Made by a program: the position numbers and the translations under genes. A model generated the notes under the pieces. It saw only the letters and a program-made list of their open reading frames with translations, made no database searches and was not told the origin of the DNA. Positions 1-12,242 of a stretch of DNA of 64,000 nt are shown here, one piece after another. The DNA comes from Octopus vulgaris (lineage: Eukaryota), in assembly GCA_951406725.2 (NCBI GenBank), contig OX597833.1:54312001-54376000 (forward strand), in the 5' to 3' direction. How positions within the stretch are numbered: position 1 is the stretch's first letter; each line of letters opens with the position of its first letter.

Positions 1-70
1 CTCCAGCCTTCATCAGGTGTCTTGGGAAAATTTCGAAACTGGGTTTTCGTTCCTAAAGTATTTTTCGATG
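1..70 (-). mobile_element. Truncated short element with hammerhead 5' core (cut by window edge)
   Basis: Minus strand reads ...gacac CTGATGA aggctggag (core = 10-16); the rest lies outside the window; abuts a TTG/TTC/TAA microsatellite. Confidence 0.35.
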
Positions 71-120
71 CTGTTGTTGTTGTTGTTGTTCTTGTTCTTG
101 TTCTTCTTCTTCTTCTTCTT

Positions 121-151
<31 letters not shown>

Positions 152-174
152 TTATTATTATTATTATTATTATT

Positions 175-243
<69 letters not shown>

Positions 244-262
244 TGTTATTATTATTATTATT

Positions 263-327
<65 letters not shown>

Positions 328-328
328 T

Positions 329-376
<48 letters not shown>

Positions 377-390
377 GTTATTATTATTAT

Positions 391-435
<45 letters not shown>

Positions 436-455
436 TTTCATTTATTATTATTATT
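71..455. repeat. Compound trinucleotide microsatellite (TTG/TTC/ATT/ATC)
   Basis: Directly visible; source of ORFs 17-457 and 22-555. Confidence 0.97.
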
Positions 456-943
456 AAAAACAAACAAGATGAGGTCAAAAAAATATCCGTCAAATGTAAA
501 TAATGTAAATAATGTACATAATTCCTCATCTCTTAAATATAGAACTGTATTTTAGTACTGGTCTTTGCGACTTTTTCAACTTGGAGTAAAGCATGATAGA
601 TAATTAAATTGTGGAAAAATTAAATGAAAGGTTTTTTTTTTTTAGAATATTTCAAAAGTTTTCAAACACAAGGGACGTTTTCCTTTTTTCTTCCTCTCTC
701 TCTCTCGCTCAATTTACTTTTGTGAAGGCTTGGTAGTTAGAAGTAGAAGATCTGAAGAAATATTTAATATGATATTAACATGTTATCAAATATTTCTTCA
801 GATCTGCTACTACCTAATGCCAAGCCTTCATAAAAGTAAAAGAGAAAGAGAGGGAGACAGAGACAGAGACAGACAGACAGACAGACAGACAGAAAGAAAA
901 AAGGAAAATGTTCCTTGTATTTGAAGACTATTACTTTATTTAC

Positions 944-1311
944 TTACTTTTACTTATACTTGTTTCAGTCATTTGACTGTGGCCATGCTGGAGTACCGCT
1001 TTTAGTCGAGCAAATCGACCCCAGGACTTATTCTTTGTAAGCCTAGTACTTATTCTATCAGTCTTTCTTGTTGAACCGCTAAGTTACAGGGACGTAAGCA
1101 CACAAGCATCAGTTGTCAAATGATGTTGGGGGGACAAACACAGACACACAAACATATATATATATACATATATACGATGGGCTTCTTTTCGGTTTCCGTC
1201 TACCAAATCCACTCACAAGGCTTTGGTCAGCCCAAGGCTATAGCAGAAGACACTTGCCCAAGGTGCCACGCAGTGGGACTACACCCAGAACCACACAGCC
1301 ACTCCTACGCC
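944..1311 (-). mobile_element. tRNA-derived SINE family A (internal TA/TG microsatellite, GTAAAA-type tail)
   Basis: Reverse complement of the consensus ggcgtaggagtggctgtgtgg...gccttgtgagtggatttggtagacggaaac...cagcatggccgcagtcaaatgactgaaacaag, which recurs more than 10 times in the window; part of the head is deleted. Confidence 0.9.
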
Positions 1312-1318
1312 TATGGAA

Positions 1319-1372
1319 ATATTTTAAAAGAATATTTCATATATAGATAGATATATAGATATATATAGATAT

Positions 1373-1416
<44 letters not shown>

Positions 1417-1470
1417 ATATCTATATATATCTATATATCTATCTATATATGAAATATTCTTTTAAAATAT
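1319..1470. repeat. Near-perfect 152-bp palindrome centred on (TA)n
   Basis: atattttaaaagaatatttcatatatagatag... mirrored by ...ctatctatatatgaaatattcttttaaaatat. Confidence 0.9.
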
Positions 1471-1542
1471 ATATATATATATATATGTACATATATATAT
1501 ACAAATATATATATATACAGATAGATAGATAGATAGATAGAT

Positions 1543-1710
1543 GTGAAGATGCATGGCTTAGGGGTTAGAGTGTTGGGCTCACAATCATGAAGTAATGAGT
1601 TCAATTCCTGGACCAAGCTGTGTTGTGTTCTTGAGTGAGACAACTTTATTTCACATTGCTCCAGTTAACTCAGCAGTAATCCCATGGTCAATCATGAACG
1701 AGGGGCCCTT
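1543..1710 (+). mobile_element. tRNA-derived SINE family C, partial
   Basis: A-box/B-box-like head (tggcttaggggttagag...gagttcaattcc) followed by tgtgttcttgag..cactttatttcacattgctccag; homologous to 10941-11278. Confidence 0.75.
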
Positions 1711-2739
1711 TTTATCTGTGTTTGTACAGGGAGGGTAATATGGCACCTGTGGCTCTCTCATGAGTGACTCTATATGCTAGCTATGACAACTGTCTACTAA
1801 GAATCCACATTCATAGCTGTCATTATGCAAAATGAGAGATTTCCTTTCTTGGCATTTTTAGAATCTTTTTTTGTATAAACTCATTTTTGATTGGTTATTC
1901 TCTGTTCTTTACAAGAGAGTGAAGCCTTATAGGAAAAAAGAATTCTGTACTATTCTGTTTTTATTTTCATTTCTTCATAAAATAATTATAAAACATTTTA
2001 TTTTCTATATCTATTTTTTAATTATTATTTTTTTAATTTAGCATTTATCCTCTCTCTAATCATAAGCAGTCTGTTTCAGAAATTTTGTTTTCTCATCAGT
2101 GTGATGTGATCTACAGGATTAAGTACATTAATATACTTGGAAGAGTTTATAAAATTAGATAAGAATACTTGAAAAGATTGATAATCTTTTCTTTCATTTT
2201 TTTGTTTTGTGGAAAAAAAAGAAAATAGCAGCACTTGAAGACATTAGCAAAATATTGGTAAAAATTCATGAAATTCTTCGTTCATTTCAAATCAGATAGA
2301 AAGATAGATTTACCGACTGATTTTAGATTGTTTTATGAATTTGAAAAATGTATAGAATGTATATTTTCTCTGTCAAGTTCTTCTCATTTCCATGGCAGAC
2401 ATGAATTTTCTTTTCAGTTCCAAGATAAAAATGGAAAAAAAGTAAACCAGTTGTCTGTGAATGTAGAGAGGATAAATGTTACATTTTTTTTTTTTTAAAT
2501 TGATACAGAAAATAAAATATTATTTTATAATGATTTTATGAATAAAAAACGTAATATAGTACAGAACATTTTCAGCAAGACTTCTCTGCCTTGAAATGAA
2601 TATATATTATGTAGAAAATTCTAGCTACATAAAGTAATAGAGATTTTCATTTTGCATGACAATAATCATAGATGGAGGTTTTTGGTAGCTATCAGATACT
2701 CGGATTTAATATAAGGACACATTGCCAAGCCAAGAGCAC

Positions 2740-3015
2740 CATACTATAAATAGGGAATAGTGGAAAATCACGGACAACATATTATCTATAAATAGAGAAT
2801 GGAAGAGTGTCACGGGCTACATATTCCCTAGAAATAGGGAACAAGGAAGAGTTAAAGGAAGCTTTTTTCCTTATAAATGGGGGCAGTTGGAGATCCAACA
2901 ACAACAACATCTTTTATAAAGCGGGAATATGAGAGAACCAAAAACGACATATTCCCTATAAATAAACATGACAGATTTGAAAGCCAAAGGCAACATATTC
3001 CCTATAAATAGGGGT
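2740..3015. repeat. Degenerate tandem array, ~43-bp period, ~7 units with core (caacatattcc)CTATAAATAG(gg)
   Basis: Core or variants at about 2744, 2787, 2828, 2871, 2914, 2955 and 3002. Confidence 0.75.
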
Positions 3016-3556
3016 TTGCCTGAGGATAGAGCATGTGTAAAGTATAGCCTGTTTTGTCCTTATAGCTAAATATGTGAAGCAGAAAATGATATTCATCTTA
3101 GTGAAGTGTATTGGTATGAATTGTTTATGATATGAAGGGAGTTTAGTTGAAATGCTATTTTATCTCCTCTTGTGTTATCTGTATTGTTTTGATACCATGA
3201 CATGCTGTGTGTATTGACGTTTTCATAAGTGATAGTGTTTGAGATTGTTAAGGTGTGTCATTTTCCAGAATATGATTACATGATATACATTGGCTATTTT
3301 AGGTTTTTACCCTGTATTATGCATGTTAAAGCATTTGTCTTCTTTCTGAGTAGAATATTTTTGTTTGTGTGATGTAGTAAAATTTCTTTGGAGCTGAGGA
3401 CAACTGTAGGAAGTTCATGACAATACTTCTCATATATTTTATGTTGTATTTTCTTTATTGAAATGTTTTAAGCATTATATTGTTTTGTATGTATGAATGT
3501 GAATTTATAACAGAGGGATGATCCTTTAGTGCCAATGTTCTCTTCGTTTTGTGCTA

Positions 3557-3733
3557 GGCGTAGGAGTGGCTGTGTGGTAAGTAGCTTGCTTACCAACCAC
3601 AGTATTCCGGGTTCAGTCCCACTGCATGGCACCTTGGGCAAGTGTCTTTTACTATAGCCTCAGAACAACCAAAGCCTTGTGAGTGGATTTGGTTGACAGA
3701 AACTGAAAGAAGCCCGTCATATACATGCATATG

Positions 3734-3778
<45 letters not shown>

Positions 3779-3910
3779 TTGTATGTCTGTTTGTACCCCC
3801 AACATCGTTTGACAACTGATGCTAGTGTGTTTACATCCCTGTAACTTAGGGGTTCAACAAAAGAGACTGATGCAATAAGTACTAGGCTTGCAAAGAATAA
3901 GTCCTGGGGT
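3557..3910 (+). mobile_element. SINE family A, 3'-truncated
   Basis: Head ggcgtaggagtggctgtgtggtaagtagcttgcttaccaaccac...gggttcagtcccact; internal (TA)(TG) tract. Confidence 0.9.
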
Positions 3911-3940
3911 ATAAGAGTTAAAGAGTGGTTTTGTGCAAAC

Positions 3941-4156
3941 TTTTTATCATACTTCATGTCAATCTGTCACCGTCAATTCTTGACAAGAATTCTAACCATG
4001 ATTTGAATATTCACGACTGTTCTCAGACATAATGCATTCATATTTATTTTTATCATACTCCATGTCAATCTTTCTTTGTCAAGTTGTCAATGCTTGACAA
4101 GAATTCCAGTCATGTTTTGAATATTCATGACTATTCTCAGACATAATGTATCCATA
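3941..4156. repeat. Diverged tandem duplication (~105 bp x2)
   Basis: tttttatcatact.catgtcaatct...cttgacaagaattc...tgaatattca.gact.ttctcagacataatg occurs twice. Confidence 0.8.
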
Positions 4157-4959
4157 TCTATTCAATCCAATACAATATATTTAAAAATTTTTATTTTTAA
4201 AGTTGATAGGATGAGATTTGAGGGAAATTTGGCCACTTTTCTAGCATGTCCACGTGACTATACAGTGGCTCTCTCGGTAGTAGCATTATTAATACAGAGT
4301 TTATCTGGAAAGTGAAACTACAAGAGGTCAGCGTTCTTGGATCAGGAAACAATCTTTGAAAACATGGAAGCAGGAACAAAGCATTGATTGAATTTATCAT
4401 TGTCTCGCTCGGTTTTAATCCTATTTCCAAACGTAATGTTTTAGAAGAGAGAAAAATATTCTCGACTTACTGCACAACTGGTATTGTTGATTAGTTAGAC
4501 TTTGCACCAGTGGCTTCTACTTCCAAGTTCTGTGTGCCAAAGTCTATGCATGAAGACTTTATCACCAATATGATATATTCTGCCAGTAGTTGACTGAATG
4601 TAATAAAATTACACGAGACAAGTTATAAACATAAATACCCAGCTATCTTTTGATCTGAAGACATTAATAGGTAGATTGATTGACATATTAGATAAATAGA
4701 TGTTGCTGCAGCTCTCCGTAATATCGTGTAACGAAGAGTTATATCTGAAAACTGGATGCAAGTCTGCAATGAAAATTTATGTAAATATTGCCACAGCTTT
4801 GGCTAGTAATAAAGAATTTATTGCATGTGAATACAATGTCTGTGTAGTTAGTTGCATCGGCATAACAACATGCCACCATACATGTGAAGATGTTTATACA
4901 TGTCTTGCACATGCACAAAATTCCACACATGCTCACACACACATGCACACAGGAATACC

Positions 4960-4998
<39 letters not shown>

Positions 4999-5038
4999 AT
5001 ATATCTATCTATCTATCTACCTACCTACCTACCTATCC

Positions 5039-5083
<45 letters not shown>

Positions 5084-5129
5084 CTATCTATCTATCTATC
5101 TACCTACCTATCCATCTATCTATCCATCC

Positions 5130-5162
<33 letters not shown>

Positions 5163-5382
5163 CCTACCTACCTACCTACCTATCTATCTATCTATCTGTC
5201 TATCTATCTACCTACCTATCTACCTACCTACCTACCAACCTATCTATCTATCCATCTATCTATCTATCTACCTACCTACCAACCTATCTATCTATCTATC
5301 TATCTGTCTATCTATCTACCTATCTATCTATCTATCTATCTCTATATGTGTGTTTGTTTGTGTGTGTGTGTGTGTATCTATA

Positions 5383-5418
<36 letters not shown>

Positions 5419-5421
5419 CAC

Positions 5422-5460
<39 letters not shown>
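4960..5460. repeat. Compound (TA)n/(TCTA)n/(CCTA)n/(CA)n microsatellite
   Basis: Directly visible. Confidence 0.97.
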
Positions 5461-5462
<2 letters not shown>

Positions 5463-6992
5463 AATATACGGGGTGCTATATCTGAATATATATGTGTGTG
5501 CATGTATATATATATATGATATATATGTGTATTTGTACATGCATACATATTTGCATACCTGCATACTTGCATAGGTGCATTCGTTAATACTTACTTTCAT
5601 ATATCTACCCACATATATATACATGTATACCATTATCAATTCCATAATAATAAGTATGAACATAAACGTTCACCTGTTTCAATTATGCATGGTTACTGAC
5701 GTAACGTAGATTCTAGAAATAAGAATAGGTATGGCATGATGGTGGCAACAATGGTGGTGTTGGTGGTGGTGGTGGTGGTGGTGGCGGTGACGACGGCAGC
5801 GATGGTGGCGGCGGTGGCAGCGCCGGTGGTGGTGGTGGTGGTGGTGGTGGTGGGGAAGTTTAAGTCTCTTCAAGTGATGTGGATGATCTAGTTATCTATA
5901 ACACTAACTACAGAAAGACAATTAATTGGTTGCCTGTCTTCCTTTCTCTCCCTTTCTCTCTCTATCACACACACACAAGTACATGCACACACACACACAC
6001 ACACACAAGTACATGCACACACATACACACACATGCGCACACATACATACACGCATGCACACACACAGGTAAGATATAGAGAGACGGCGACAGGTTGATT
6101 TCAACCAAATTCTGCTCGGGGATAAGCAACAGAAGGTGAAGAACATAAAAGTAATTCCAAGATACCAATTTATCTAGTTCACATATTACACAACACAGAG
6201 TTCTATAATATAACTTTCACTATACTTTAAAGATGAGTGGAACACAATTTATGGAAGCTGAAGAGGATCATGTGAAAAACTTAGACTACTTTGAATTTGA
6301 ATTTCTAACCTTCAGTAGATTTAATCCGGCATTTGGTTTAACACTGCTATCACCTGGCCCCTGGGTGTTCTTTAGTAGAGTAAATTCTGTTGAAAGCCCT
6401 TTGGGGGTCAGGTTTCGTGCCAGCGAATAAATTCTTCTCATCAATTTCGGAGACCTTTAAAAATGGATAATTGGCGCTACATTGCCACCTTTGATTAAGC
6501 CATGTTGTCGTTGCCATCGTCATCATCATCACATCATGTCATCATCATCATCATCACATCATCATCATCATCATCACATCATCATCATCATCATCATGTC
6601 GTCATCATCAGCGCTGTCATCATCATCGTTGTTGTTCTTGTCACCAGTGCAATTGTCACTGTTATCATCATCATCATCATCATCATCGCCAACACCCCAC
6701 CACCACCTCCACCGCCACCACCATCATTATCATCATTTTTAATGTCCACTTTCTCATGCTTGCATATACAAAGACCTTGAGGTAGATATTTTAATGGCTT
6801 GATGCCTTTCCTGTTGCCAACCCTCCCCTGTTTTCAAGGAAGATAATAAATAATTTTCCTATGGCTTGATAAGTTCTCACAGAATATTGGAAATGAGTGT
6901 CATCACTTGTATGATAGCAACACTCATTCACAACTGTCACATGCCGTCAAGATATATATATATATATATTACTTATTCATCCTCTCACACCA

Positions 6993-7042
6993 TCTCCAAT
7001 GAAGGGATATAATTAATAAATATCCTGGAAACAGCTGTAAGA
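6993..7042 (+). ncRNA. Degenerate minimal hammerhead-like motif in a TA-flanked element
   Basis: tct CCAATGA [agggata...tatcct] g GAA ACAGCTGT A aga; palindromic stem III; core has two substitutions. Confidence 0.5.
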
Positions 7043-7111
7043 CCTATCTATAAATGTTCTAATATCTACACAGCCTTGGTCTTTTATCTCATTATGCAAA
7101 AAAATTCATAC

Positions 7112-7145
<34 letters not shown>

Positions 7146-7156
7146 TCTTGACACCA

Positions 7157-7207
7157 AGCTTCCTGATGATTTCATTTGAATGAAACAGTTCTAGTCCTGT
7201 AGAAGCT
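7157..7207 (+). ncRNA. Type I hammerhead ribozyme motif
   Basis: Stem I agcttc/gaagct (6 bp), CTGATGA 7163-7169, weak stem II ttca/tgaa, GAAA 7182-7185, stem III acag/ctgt, GTA cleavage triplet; lies in a ~145-bp element between TA tracts. Confidence 0.75.
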
Positions 7208-7609
7208 CCTTCTATAAAATAAATTAATTTACTCTGCTATGTATTGAGTACCTTATTTACTGTGGTTAACCCCAACTCAACCCGGGACCTACATATATAT
7301 ATATATATACACATAAAGAGGCCACAAATGATGTTTAAAATTTATGACAGCTGTTTTGGGAGAATATTATAGATGCATTCATAGATTACGTCATAACATA
7401 GAATCCACCATCATCAGGTAACATTTTAAACAGATATGATGTTAACCAGGTGAGATTTCATACATTGAACATGATGAATCCAATCTTTACCTCCCTGTGA
7501 ACTCTCTGTTATTACACCTAGCCATTTCTGGCATCCTACATATTGTTGTGCCTAGTTTCTATTGAAATGAATCCCTATAGCCTACTTATACATACATATA
7601 TATATGTGA

Positions 7610-8165
7610 AAACATGTTTGGCCGGGGAGAAATAGCACCTTGCTTGGAAACAGATGAGGGTTAGTGACAGGAAGGGCATCCAGTCAGAGAAAATGTGACC
7701 AACCAACGAATTCTGTCTGACCTTTGCAAGCAAGGGAAACTGAACATTGAACATAGAAAACGATGACGACAAGGATGATGGTGGTGGTGGTGATGATGAT
7801 GGTAATGATGATGATGATGATTACGACGACGACAATGACCATGACAATGATGATGAAGATGACGACGACAACGGCAACGATGATGATGACAATGACAATG
7901 ATGATGGTGATGATGATGATGATTTTGATGATGATGATGATGAAAATTATGATGATGGTGATGATGATGATGATGATGATGATAACGACGACAATGACAA
8001 TGATGATGATGGTGGTAGTGATGATGATGATGGTGATGACGATGATGATGATAATGACAATGATGATGATGACGACAACGACGATGATGATGATGACGAT
8101 GATGCTGATGATGCTGATGATGATGATGATGATGATGAAGATGGTAGTGATGATGACTATGATTC
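7610..8165 (+). mobile_element. RTE-type 3'-end fragment followed by an expanded (GAT)n tail
   Basis: aggaagggcatccag...ggaaac.gaacatt motif running directly into a ~400-bp GAT/GAC array. Confidence 0.65.
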
Positions 8166-8830
8166 ATATTGAAGATTAGTTAATGAAATAATTAATTACC
8201 AATGTTGGGCTGTTGTATAGGGCTTCTCAGATATTTTCGCTTGCTTTGTCTCCTGGCTGCTTTTTTTAAAAATCAGATTTATCTCTGTTCTTGTTTTGAT
8301 CAGTTATATGAAATGCTTATGCTTCTACTTTGAATGAAACAAACTGACTAAGAGAAAATAGATTCAAAATACTAAAACTCCTCAAAGTCAGCTCTGCCTT
8401 TTTGTCAATTTTTGGCAGGGGGATCGATAAAATAAAAATGTCAGTTGGTCAAGTGGCAGAATTAATGGTGTTCCCCTTGTAATTGCTGGCTTTGTGTCTG
8501 AATCAGAACCAATTAATCGTAGTTCAAATATCAACGATAATGAAAGTAGCGTATAACGATGTTATTTAATTTATTTACGGACTAATTAACGAACGGATAT
8601 CAGAACCAAATATCGTCATCATTGTCATCATCATCGTCATCATCATTGCCGCTGTCACTGTCATCAGCTTACCCCTCCTCCTCCTCTTCTTCCTCCTAAT
8701 ACTCCTCTTCGTCCCTCTCCCTCCTCTTCATCATCATCATCACCATCATCATCACCATCATCATCACCATCATTACCATCATCACCATCATCGTCATCAT
8801 CGTCATCATCATCATCATCACCATCATCAC

Positions 8831-8871
<41 letters not shown>

Positions 8872-9029
8872 CCATCATCATCATCGTTCTAATGTCCATT
8901 CTTCCACACTTGCATGCTTTAGACAGAATTTGTTGGGGGGGGGGGGGGCAGATTTCCTACGGCTGGATACCCTTCCTGATGCTGAACCTTATGTGTTTCA
9001 AAGCAAGGTGCTATTCCTCCATGGCCAAA

Positions 9030-9074
<45 letters not shown>

Positions 9075-9419
9075 TATTTGCAGTAACGCAGTGATTAACA
9101 ATTATGCTATACAGAATACTAAACCCAATATCATGAAAAGTAAAGAATATTGTTACTGTTTCTCCTTAAAACTATGTCCCTTGTAATAAGTGGTGAAGAA
9201 GATGAGATGAGATAACACCCTGGAATGATTATAATGTAGTTCATAGTATCTGTGAGGATTAGGATAGATAATTTTAATGGATTCATTTCTTCAGGCAATA
9301 TAAAATTAATGGATGTTTAACTGAAGTTTGTTTATTCGTTTTGACCAGTAAGAAGGTTGATTGAGTTATGTGGGTTTTCTGGGTGTATTTGGCAAAAGAA
9401 CTAAGCACAGTATAATATT

Positions 9420-9890
9420 CTTTTCTACTCTAGGCACAAGGCCAGAAATTTTTTGGGAGGTGGGGGGTGATAGTCGATTAGATTAACCCCAGTACACAAC
9501 TGGTACTTAATTTATCAACCCCGAAAGGATGAAAGGCAAAGTCAACCTTGATGGAATTTGAATTCAGAACATAAAGACAGACGAAATACCTATTTCTTTT
9601 ACTACCCACAAGGGGCTAAACACAGAGGGGACAAACAGGGACAAACAGATTAAGTTGATTACATCGACCCCAAAAGGATGAAAGCAATTTATCGACCCCA
9701 AAAGGATGAAAGCAAAGTCGACCTCGGCAGAATTTGAACTCAGAATGCAGCGGCAGATGAAATACCACAAAGTATTTCGCCCGGCGTGCTAATGTTTCTG
9801 CCAGCTTGCCACCTTCAATGGTATTTTGACAGACGAAATACCATTAAGTATTTTGCCTGGCATGCCAACATTTCTACCAGCTTGCCACCT
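9420..9890 (-). mobile_element. Nested SINE family B copies (central domain gactttgcctttcatcctttcggggtcgataaa)
   Basis: Two or three overlapping reverse-complement copies with tRNA-like head ggcaagctggcagaa...gagttcaaattc. Confidence 0.85.
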
Positions 9891-10041
9891 TGCACAATAT
9901 AATATTATAAAGGGAAAATTTTATCATCACTAAAAGTAACTGAGGGTGTCGAAGCACCTATATTACCAGAAATAAGAGTTAAAGGCTCTTAATGCTGTTA
10001 GAAGAGCACAACATATATACACTGACAGGGGAGATAACTGC

Positions 10042-10128
10042 CCGATGACCATCTCTAGACTCACTAGGCTAGACTAGTTTTGCCTCTTTTGTAGGCATCC
10101 TCAGGAGCGACTACTCAAATGGTCATTG
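10042..10128 (-). ncRNA. Degenerate type I hammerhead-like motif
   Basis: Minus strand: gctc CTGAGGA t gcct-acaaaag-aggc AAA actag-tctagc-ctagt gagt; outer atgaccat/atggtcat extends stem I. G12 is mutated and H17 is missing. Confidence 0.5.
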
Positions 10129-10147
10129 GTTTGGCTAATAACAGTGT

Positions 10148-10730
10148 TCCACAGTTTCTGTCTGCCAGATTCGCTCACAAAGGTATTGGTCAGCTTTGGG
10201 CTATAGATGAAGACACGGATCTTTTCGGTTTGACCAGCAGTTTTTTCTAGCGGTGTCATATGAAATTGTCACCCATAATTATGACCCTAGTATCTATTGC
10301 ATTTCAATCTGTTTTAGGGTTAGGGTTAGAGTTAGGTTTAGTTAGAGTTAGGGGTGGGGGAAGGGTATCTTTTTTCTTCAGAAATGTAAATAAACCCAAT
10401 CTGTTTCTTAAACGAGGGACATTTTCATACGGCACAGAATGTTCTTTTACCTCAATGGACGTCATTGATTAGTTGAAATTGCAGAAATTGAAGAAAAAAA
10501 ACATCAAATATCTTACTAACTATAGAATTCTCTCAATAAAGCCAAGAGAAAAAGATGTTTTATAAACACATTCTACCAGTATACGAAGTTTAAAAGTGTT
10601 TAATTACGTGAAAATTATTTTTAAAAACTGCCGTTCAAACCGAAATGATCCGAAGACACTTGTGCAAGGTGCTATGCCTGAACCTGAAACCATGTGGATT
10701 CCAAAGCAAGCCTCTTAGCCACACGGCCAT
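10148..10730 (-). mobile_element. SINE family A fragment interrupted by a MITE
   Basis: cagtttctgtctgccagattcgctcacaa...gaagacac|MITE|gaagacacttgtgcaagg...ccacacggcc. Confidence 0.75.
10216..10652. mobile_element. Non-autonomous TIR element (MITE) containing TTAGGG-like repeats
   Basis: ~30-bp TIRs cggatcttttcggtttga..agcagttttt / aaaaactgccgttcaaaccgaaatgatccg; target duplication aagaca (6 bp) or gaagacac (8 bp). Confidence 0.9.
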
Positions 10731-10940
10731 ATTAGCAGCTATATTCATAGCAATCATAATTAATATTTTATGTCCTGACTGCTAGCTATGAATTAATTTG
10801 ATAAAATACCCTGACATATAACACCATATCCAAAATTACTTTTGGACCCAGCTGTGGTGCAGTAGGGACAGTGTCTCAGAAGTCTAGATTGCTGAGCTTA
10901 TTCCTTGTTTTTGTTTTACTTAAAGAGTACCCTGTAGACA

Positions 10941-11278
10941 GTGAAGGCACATGGCTCAGTGGTTAGAGTGTCGAGCTTACAATCGTAAGTTTGTGATCTT
11001 GAATCCCAGACCGGGCTGCGTGTTGTGTTTTTGAGCAAGACACTTTATTTCACGTTGCTCCAGTTAACTCAGCTGTAGAAATGAGTTGCAAGGTCACGGG
11101 TGCCAAGCTGTATCGGCCCCTTTGCCTTTCCCTTGGATAACATTGGTTGCGTGGAGAAAGGAGGCCAGTATGCATGGGCGACTGCTGGTCTTCCATAAAC
11201 CACCTTGCCCAGACTTGTGACTGGGAGGGTAACTTTCTAGGTGAAAGTCCATGGTCAGTGTTGTGACCGAAGGGGGTC
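10941..11278 (+). mobile_element. SINE family C, near full length
   Basis: tRNA-like head tggctcagtggttagag...gaatcccagacc; homologous to 39068-39375. Confidence 0.85.
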
Positions 11279-11712
11279 CCAGACCCTGCAGACAGTCACA
11301 GGTCTTTGCTCTGCTTCTGGGCCTTGGACTGATGCACAGGTTGACTGACCCTTACCACATACACCTCTTATAAGTCTTGGCCATCATTTTATCTCAGTAG
11401 TATTATAATTAATAAGATAAAGCCGAAGTAATGAGGAGGTCAATAAACGGCTTCAGCATGGATGTGATTTGTTCTAAGATAATAAGGAAGATAATGGAAA
11501 CAGCAGCAAGCTGTGGACAATTCACATAATAACACAGTTTGTAGATGTAGGAAGTTTATATAATTAGATCATCGGTGCCAAGCGATCTGAAGACAGAACT
11601 GATATCCAAATGGGGAACATTTAGGAGTTTTAAAGAAGTGGTGTAAGAAAATATACAATGATGACTATAATGATATCAGCAATAATAATCATAATAATTT
11701 TTTCTAATTTTA

Positions 11713-11930
11713 AGGCAGTAAGCTGGCAGAATTGTTAGCATGCCAGGCAAAATGTTTTGCAGCATTTTGGCCATCTTTATGTTCTGAGCTCAAATTCCAG
11801 TGAGGACGACTTTGTTTTTCACCTTTTCAAGGTCGATAAGATAAGTACTAGCTGAGCACTGGGGATGATGTAATCAGCTTTCCTGCCCCCACCCCCTGGA
11901 AATGCTGGCTTTGTGCCAAAATTTTAAGCC
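11713..11930 (+). mobile_element. SINE family B
   Basis: aggcagtaagctggcagaattgttagc...ctttgttttcaccttttcaaggtcgataag. Confidence 0.75.
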
Positions 11931-12009
11931 TATAATTCTTTCTAATTTTGGTACAAGACCAGAAATTTTTAGGGAGGGATTAAGTCATTTACGCCAACCC
12001 CAGTGTTCA

Positions 12010-12242
12010 GCTTGTATGGCCGTTTGCCAGCTTCGTCTGGCACCTGTGCAGGTCGCACGTAAAAAGCACCCACTACACTCATGGAGTGGTTGGCGTTAGG
12101 AAGGGCATCCAGCCGTAGAAACACTGCCAGATCAGACTGGGCCTGATGCAGCCTTCTGGCTTCACAGACCCCAGTTGAACCGTCCAACCCATGCTAGCAT
12201 GGAAAGCGGATGCTAAATGATGATGATGATGATGATGATGAT
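12010..12242 (+). mobile_element. RTE-type LINE 3' UTR with (GAT)n tail, inserted into a family B SINE
   Basis: gtggttggcgttaggaagggcatccagc...cccatgctagcatggaaagcggatgctaaatgatgatg; same 3' end as 53700-54395. Confidence 0.8.

Noticed and set aside
2740-3015. CRISPR-like repeat-spacer appearance
   Set aside because: Repeats are degenerate, linkers are mutually similar, there are no cas genes and the context is eukaryotic.
4700-5519. 261-aa and overlapping ORFs (YLSI/YI repeats)
   Set aside because: Translation of TA/TCTA microsatellites.
6380-6460. Minus frame MRRIYSLARNLTPKGLS resembling a GIY-YIG C-terminal L.P.GLN motif
   Set aside because: Too short and degenerate to call without a profile search.
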